Shown: positions 59,164-64,000 of the stretch, one piece after another
How the letters are laid out: the number at the start of each line of letters is the position of its first letter
Position numbering within the stretch: position 1 is the first letter of the stretch
DNA from: Tubiluchus corallicola
Taxonomy: Eukaryota > Animalia > Priapulida
Assembly (NCBI GenBank): GCA_030141605.1
Contig: JAQGDQ010000573.1
Coordinates: forward strand, 29,752-93,751
DNA: 64,000 bases
Direction: 5' to 3'
Notes under the pieces: model-generated
Told to the model about the DNA's origin: nothing
The model's input: only the letters and a program-made list of their open reading frames with translations
Database searches by the model: none
Translations under genes and position numbers: made by a program

Positions 59164-60078
59164 TAGGTTAAACCTTGGGATCCAATTAACACTTGTTCTT
59201 ATGATGTGATTTTTTATATGTATTATGTGCACTAGTCAAGAATGAAGGCATGGATCATAACTATCATCCAATTATGAAAAACTGTCTGTCCATGCTTTTT
59301 GTCCGTCCTATATGCATGCTAACATGCTTCAGAGTACACCCAAATATGGTGTACCATAAGAACCAGCATTGTTCCAGCGATGTTTTAGGGTGTCAGTTCC
59401 GATTAACACCACCCATCACCCCCGCCGCAAAAATTGACAGAATTCACAGAATTTACAGAATTTTTCAATGTTCAGTAATTAAGCTGCAAATAAAATAAAT
59501 TTTCGTAAATCGTTTAAATCACACTATGACATTTACTCTTTGAGGTAAGAATATGTCAGGGAATACTATGCTAGCAGGACTAATTCTGCCTAATAAAAGA
59601 GCCCTGCGCCATTAATTAAAGAATGTACCAGCTTTGTCTCAAACACCAAGACGACAAGAATAAATTTAACAACTTTATTGTAACTCGCAAAGCAACGAGG
59701 TTATAACTAGAAAGATGAGCGCAACCCGAAAAACAAAGAAGTTGAAAACAAAAGAGCAACATTGCAAAAGGGATAAAGTTGATAACACCTACAACACGCA
59801 TGTATACTGGCGCTGCTTGTGATATGGACTGCGTGGCATAATTCGTCCTGGTTTGAATACAAAGATTTGAATGTTAGTTAAGCTGCCTTAGAGCTCCGTG
59901 TTGGAAATCAATGTCGCTGTTTGACTTTACACATCACATGTAATTAGCTTGAAATCCTGCCTTGGATTATTTAAGCTTGCCTAGTCCTTACTTTCAATAT
60001 TTGCCAATGGCTGGTTAAATCAGTCACATCACTGTAATAATGATTTATAGTTAGAAACTGATGGAGAAGTAAGTTATA

Positions 60079-60290
60079 GTGATGTTCGTCCTTCGAATCG
60101 AAGATGACCATAGTGACAGGGATAAAAGGTCAGTTTGGGGGTTGTCATTCGTTCGATGAGCTCGAAGGTGACTGACTAGGCCAATTCTGGCCTGGAAACT
60201 TCTTTGGCATTTGGCACAGGTAAAGATCTTGGTGATTGCTTAGCAGTGTTCTGCATTCTAGACTGTCTTGCTGTTCTGATTTTATTTGTT
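60079..60290 (-). mobile_element. RTE LINE 3' fragment
   Basis: Minus strand encodes IFTCAKCQRSFQARIGLVSHLRAH (RTE C-terminal CCHH motif) followed by the tail TGGTCATCTTCGATTCGAAGGACGAACATC. Confidence 0.8.
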
Positions 60291-61980
60291 TAAGTTCCTA
60301 ATTAGTTTAATAAATACTACTTTGTCTGGTTGCTAATATTATTGTAGCGTGTGACACTGCATTACTTCGTGTTGTGTAGTCTTCTAAAATAGACTAAATC
60401 TAATAAAGCTCAATTTTTCAATGCTGATTTTGGTGTACCAATGCTTGTTTGAAGTTTTAGGGATTATGTTCTTGCCAAGCTAATTTATGTGCTATTAGCC
60501 TATTACTCATAAAGTCACATTAATGTTTTCCTTAAATAAAGAGCAGTTTCTTATGGTAACTACGTGCTCAGTTGTACAAGCATTATTATCAGGGCCACAA
60601 TGTAATTTTTATGTTGAAGGGTAAAAAAGTTGGCAGACACTGAACGGCAAAAATATTCGCTAATGAAGCGTTTGCAAGTTGCAACCGGACCAGCGTGAAA
60701 TAGAGGTACACGTGAAAAAGAGAAGTTTGGAGTTTCAAAAATTTTATGATGAAAAGAATGAGCTAAAATCTGACCATGAATACGTACAGAAAGAATGTGC
60801 AGCAGAAATAGCAGAAATTTTGATTGAAGACGCAGGACATACAGTCACGGAATCATATATTCCCCTTCAAATTCAGTTAACACAAGTTGCAGATAGGTAA
60901 TTAACTACAATTAAATTGTATACTAAACATGCATAATAATAATCATACGGAGTGTATGATACATTTATACGACTAACACATGAGTACCATTACAAGAAAA
61001 ATTAAATTTTGGGGGTGGGATGGGGACAGTGGAGTCAAGGGAGGACACTAAAATGCGTTTGCTTAGGATGCCAAACTACCTGGAGCCATCCCTGATAATT
61101 TTATAGTATAAAAGTAAGTGTGTGGGAAAACTGTAAAATTAAAATTACCGGGGATGTACTTTGAGTGATAATGAGCGTTTTGTTAACTATTCATAATAAA
61201 CCCGGTCATTAACATGTCAAAGACTTTGCTAATATTCCTGCACTTTGCAAAGGGTGTAATATTCATTCACTTAAGCAAATCATTTCCATAACAGAGATTG
61301 GGACTAGGCGATCTTGCCTTGTTACGTCCGCTAATTTATTCAAATATGCAAACTATCTCATTAAATATGCACAATGCATAAATTTCCCCGGAGAAAAAAG
61401 TCACGCAGCAAAAGATTAGTCGCATACACATGAAGGTTAGCAAATTGTTATTTGTGCATGTTTGTATACTGTCTGTTATTGTTGTCACCACAAGAAAAGT
61501 GTCTGGTGATGAAAGAAAATGTTGCAAATGCTGAATCGCTTTCATCAGGAGATGGTGCCGCCACCTTCCGTAGAAACTGAAAACCTAGTTTCCTTTACTT
61601 TTCCAGCTCTTGTCAACTTCTGCAGTATATGTGTGCATTCAAATATTTATATACATATTTGTTTATCTAATTTATTCACGGAGTAATTATGTATATATAA
61701 GACATAAATTCGCTTGGCAAGAACATAATCCCTAAAACTTCAAACAAGCATTGGTACACCAAATTCAGCATTAAAAAAATTGAGCTTTATTAGATTTAGT
61801 CTATTTTAGAAGACTACACAATACAAAGTAATGCAGTGTTACGCGCTACAATAATATTAGCAACCAGACAAATACGTGCATAATAAAGTAGTATTGATTA
61901 AACTAATTAGGAACTTAAACAAAGAACATCAGCACAGCAAGACAGTCTAGAATGCAGAACACTGCTAAGCAATAACCAAG
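60228..61980. repeat. ~260-bp inverted repeat pair (60228-60490 / 61702-61980) with ~1.2-kb spacer
   Basis: e.g. AGGGATTATGTTCTTGCCAAGC at ~60460 vs GCTTGGCAAGAACATAATCCCT at ~61712, colinear over the whole arm. Confidence 0.92.
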
Positions 61981-62208
61981 CTCCTTGATCTACACAAACC
62001 ATATCTATGGTATTGTTACATGCAGTTCAACTGGTCTAAATTAAGTAAATCAAAACAATATATTAGCAACTGGATAGACGTATTAAAGATCAAAAGATAA
62101 AGAACTGCAAGCCGTAGGAGTAATCACACTCTCTGTTGTTATTGTCACAACAAGAGAAGTCTTTGACGTCGGATACACATATATATATATACACACACTA
62201 ATATACAC

Positions 62209-62259
<51 letters not shown>

Positions 62260-63199
62260 GTATATAATATTGTGTGTATAGTGATATATATGTAGCATAT
62301 ACTTGTATATGGTCCAATTCCTGTAATAAATGCACAGAATACAGTGATCACATATCTATGATGGTGATAACCTTTAAGATGTCGCTAACGCTCAATTTAT
62401 TGATCTTGCTATCAAACTTAGTTTCTATTATGGACGCTACATGAAACAGTTGATCTCATTTACCTCCGGTATCTGTAATCAGTGCTTTGCAAATGTTCAG
62501 CTCGTGCTGTGTTCTCCAAGACTATTGATCTGGATATTCTTGAACTATATATATTGCCGTCCTACTCGCAAAGAGATCCATTATCAGTAAGTTGACTGTG
62601 ATTTGTCAAGTAATTACCAACCATTGTTCAGTATTACAGGGTTCTTAGCAGCTGTGCATGAACTAATGTTTGCATTAATACATGAGATATGTTCGGCAAA
62701 TATGCTTTAAGGTTGAACTAGTTATCTGCCAGACTTTGAATTAATCTCCCTAAAATGTGACTTTCGAGTTACTTCCTCGTACTTTCGCTAATGCATTTGC
62801 AGAATTTTTGATGTTCACTCATTAATCTCTAAATAAACAAATGCTTCTTGTCAACATTATCATGAGCATGAATTATTTGCACAAGATTAAGTGAGATTTG
62901 AGGTATTTTGGGGATAATTTAACTCACTAGACGCTTTTAGAAAACATCTTCTGTTTTAAACCTTTGTGAAATAAGAAAAAAGTTGTCTAGCCTCTTTTGC
63001 TTCTCTCACCCACCAGTAGACTTACATCATGAGCATGAATTTTTGCACAAGATTAAGTGAGATTAATTAGTTTCAGAACTGCTCAGCAAATAAGAATTAT
63101 TTTTTGCAGACGTATAAGCAAATCGTTTGACTTTTGACTAAAAGATGTACACATGTTACTCTATAAAGTGGAACATAACTGTATCAAAATGTATTACAA

Positions 63200-63570
<371 letters not shown>

Positions 63571-64000
63571 GCTAAACTCATGTAAACAATCAGTACACTT
63601 ACATCAATGATCAACATGGATTAGAACAGTTTGCATGCAGCTTTCATATGGACTATTTTGTCTCTGGCATTTTCTATTGATTTTCCAATTGGGTATGATT
63701 TTTTACAGTGATCAGCGGATTGAATAACAAGCTTTCTGTGTACTCGATTAATTTTGTTGCTCGAGCATTTGCTCTATTTTAAATGCAGCTGCACAAATGA
63801 ATGATCAAAACAGATCAATCAAAGCTGGCTTCCAGCAGTTGAGAGAATTGTAAAGAAACTTGAGTTGTAACCCCCCGGGGGGTCTTTAAAAGTGACTAAA
63901 TAATGCTGGGTAGCTCCATTAATCAAGACCCATAGAACTCATGTATCTGTAGTCATTGAGATAAATCAGTGCTAATCTTTGCTAATCATAAGAGAACTTT

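Noticed and set aside
62400-62830. Possible decayed coding sequence on the minus strand
   Set aside because: Multiple stops and no motif that could be named; not supportable without a homology search.

Overview
AT-rich, repeat-dense DNA from an invertebrate animal (eukaryotic, spliced genes; no prokaryotic features). Three genes are supported. (1) The 3' 18 coding exons of a ZGRF1 ortholog on + (516-35213; GRF zinc finger plus Upf1-like SF1 helicase), reconstructed by hand with all exon phases consistent and one GC-AG intron; its 5' end lies upstream of the window. (2) A phosducin-like PhLP1/PDCL gene with an intronless CDS on - (39060-39959). (3) A 1120-aa C2H2 zinc-finger gene with a single coding exon on + (44088-47450). 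Introns and intergenic DNA hold hAT, piggyBac, Tc1/pogo-like, Ginger-like and Helitron non-autonomous elements, RTE/CR1/L2 retroposon fragments, minisatellites and microsatellites. The most notable finding is a complete, TSD-flanked ~560-bp SINE in a ZGRF1 intron (15431-15991): a full 5S rRNA head without a terminator, fused to a bipartite RTE-derived body (5' UTR plus 3' end). A second non-autonomous RTE lineage appears as two copies sharing the same frameshift; one is inserted just past the PDCL stop codon. Family assignments rest on recalled motifs and no database searches were run.
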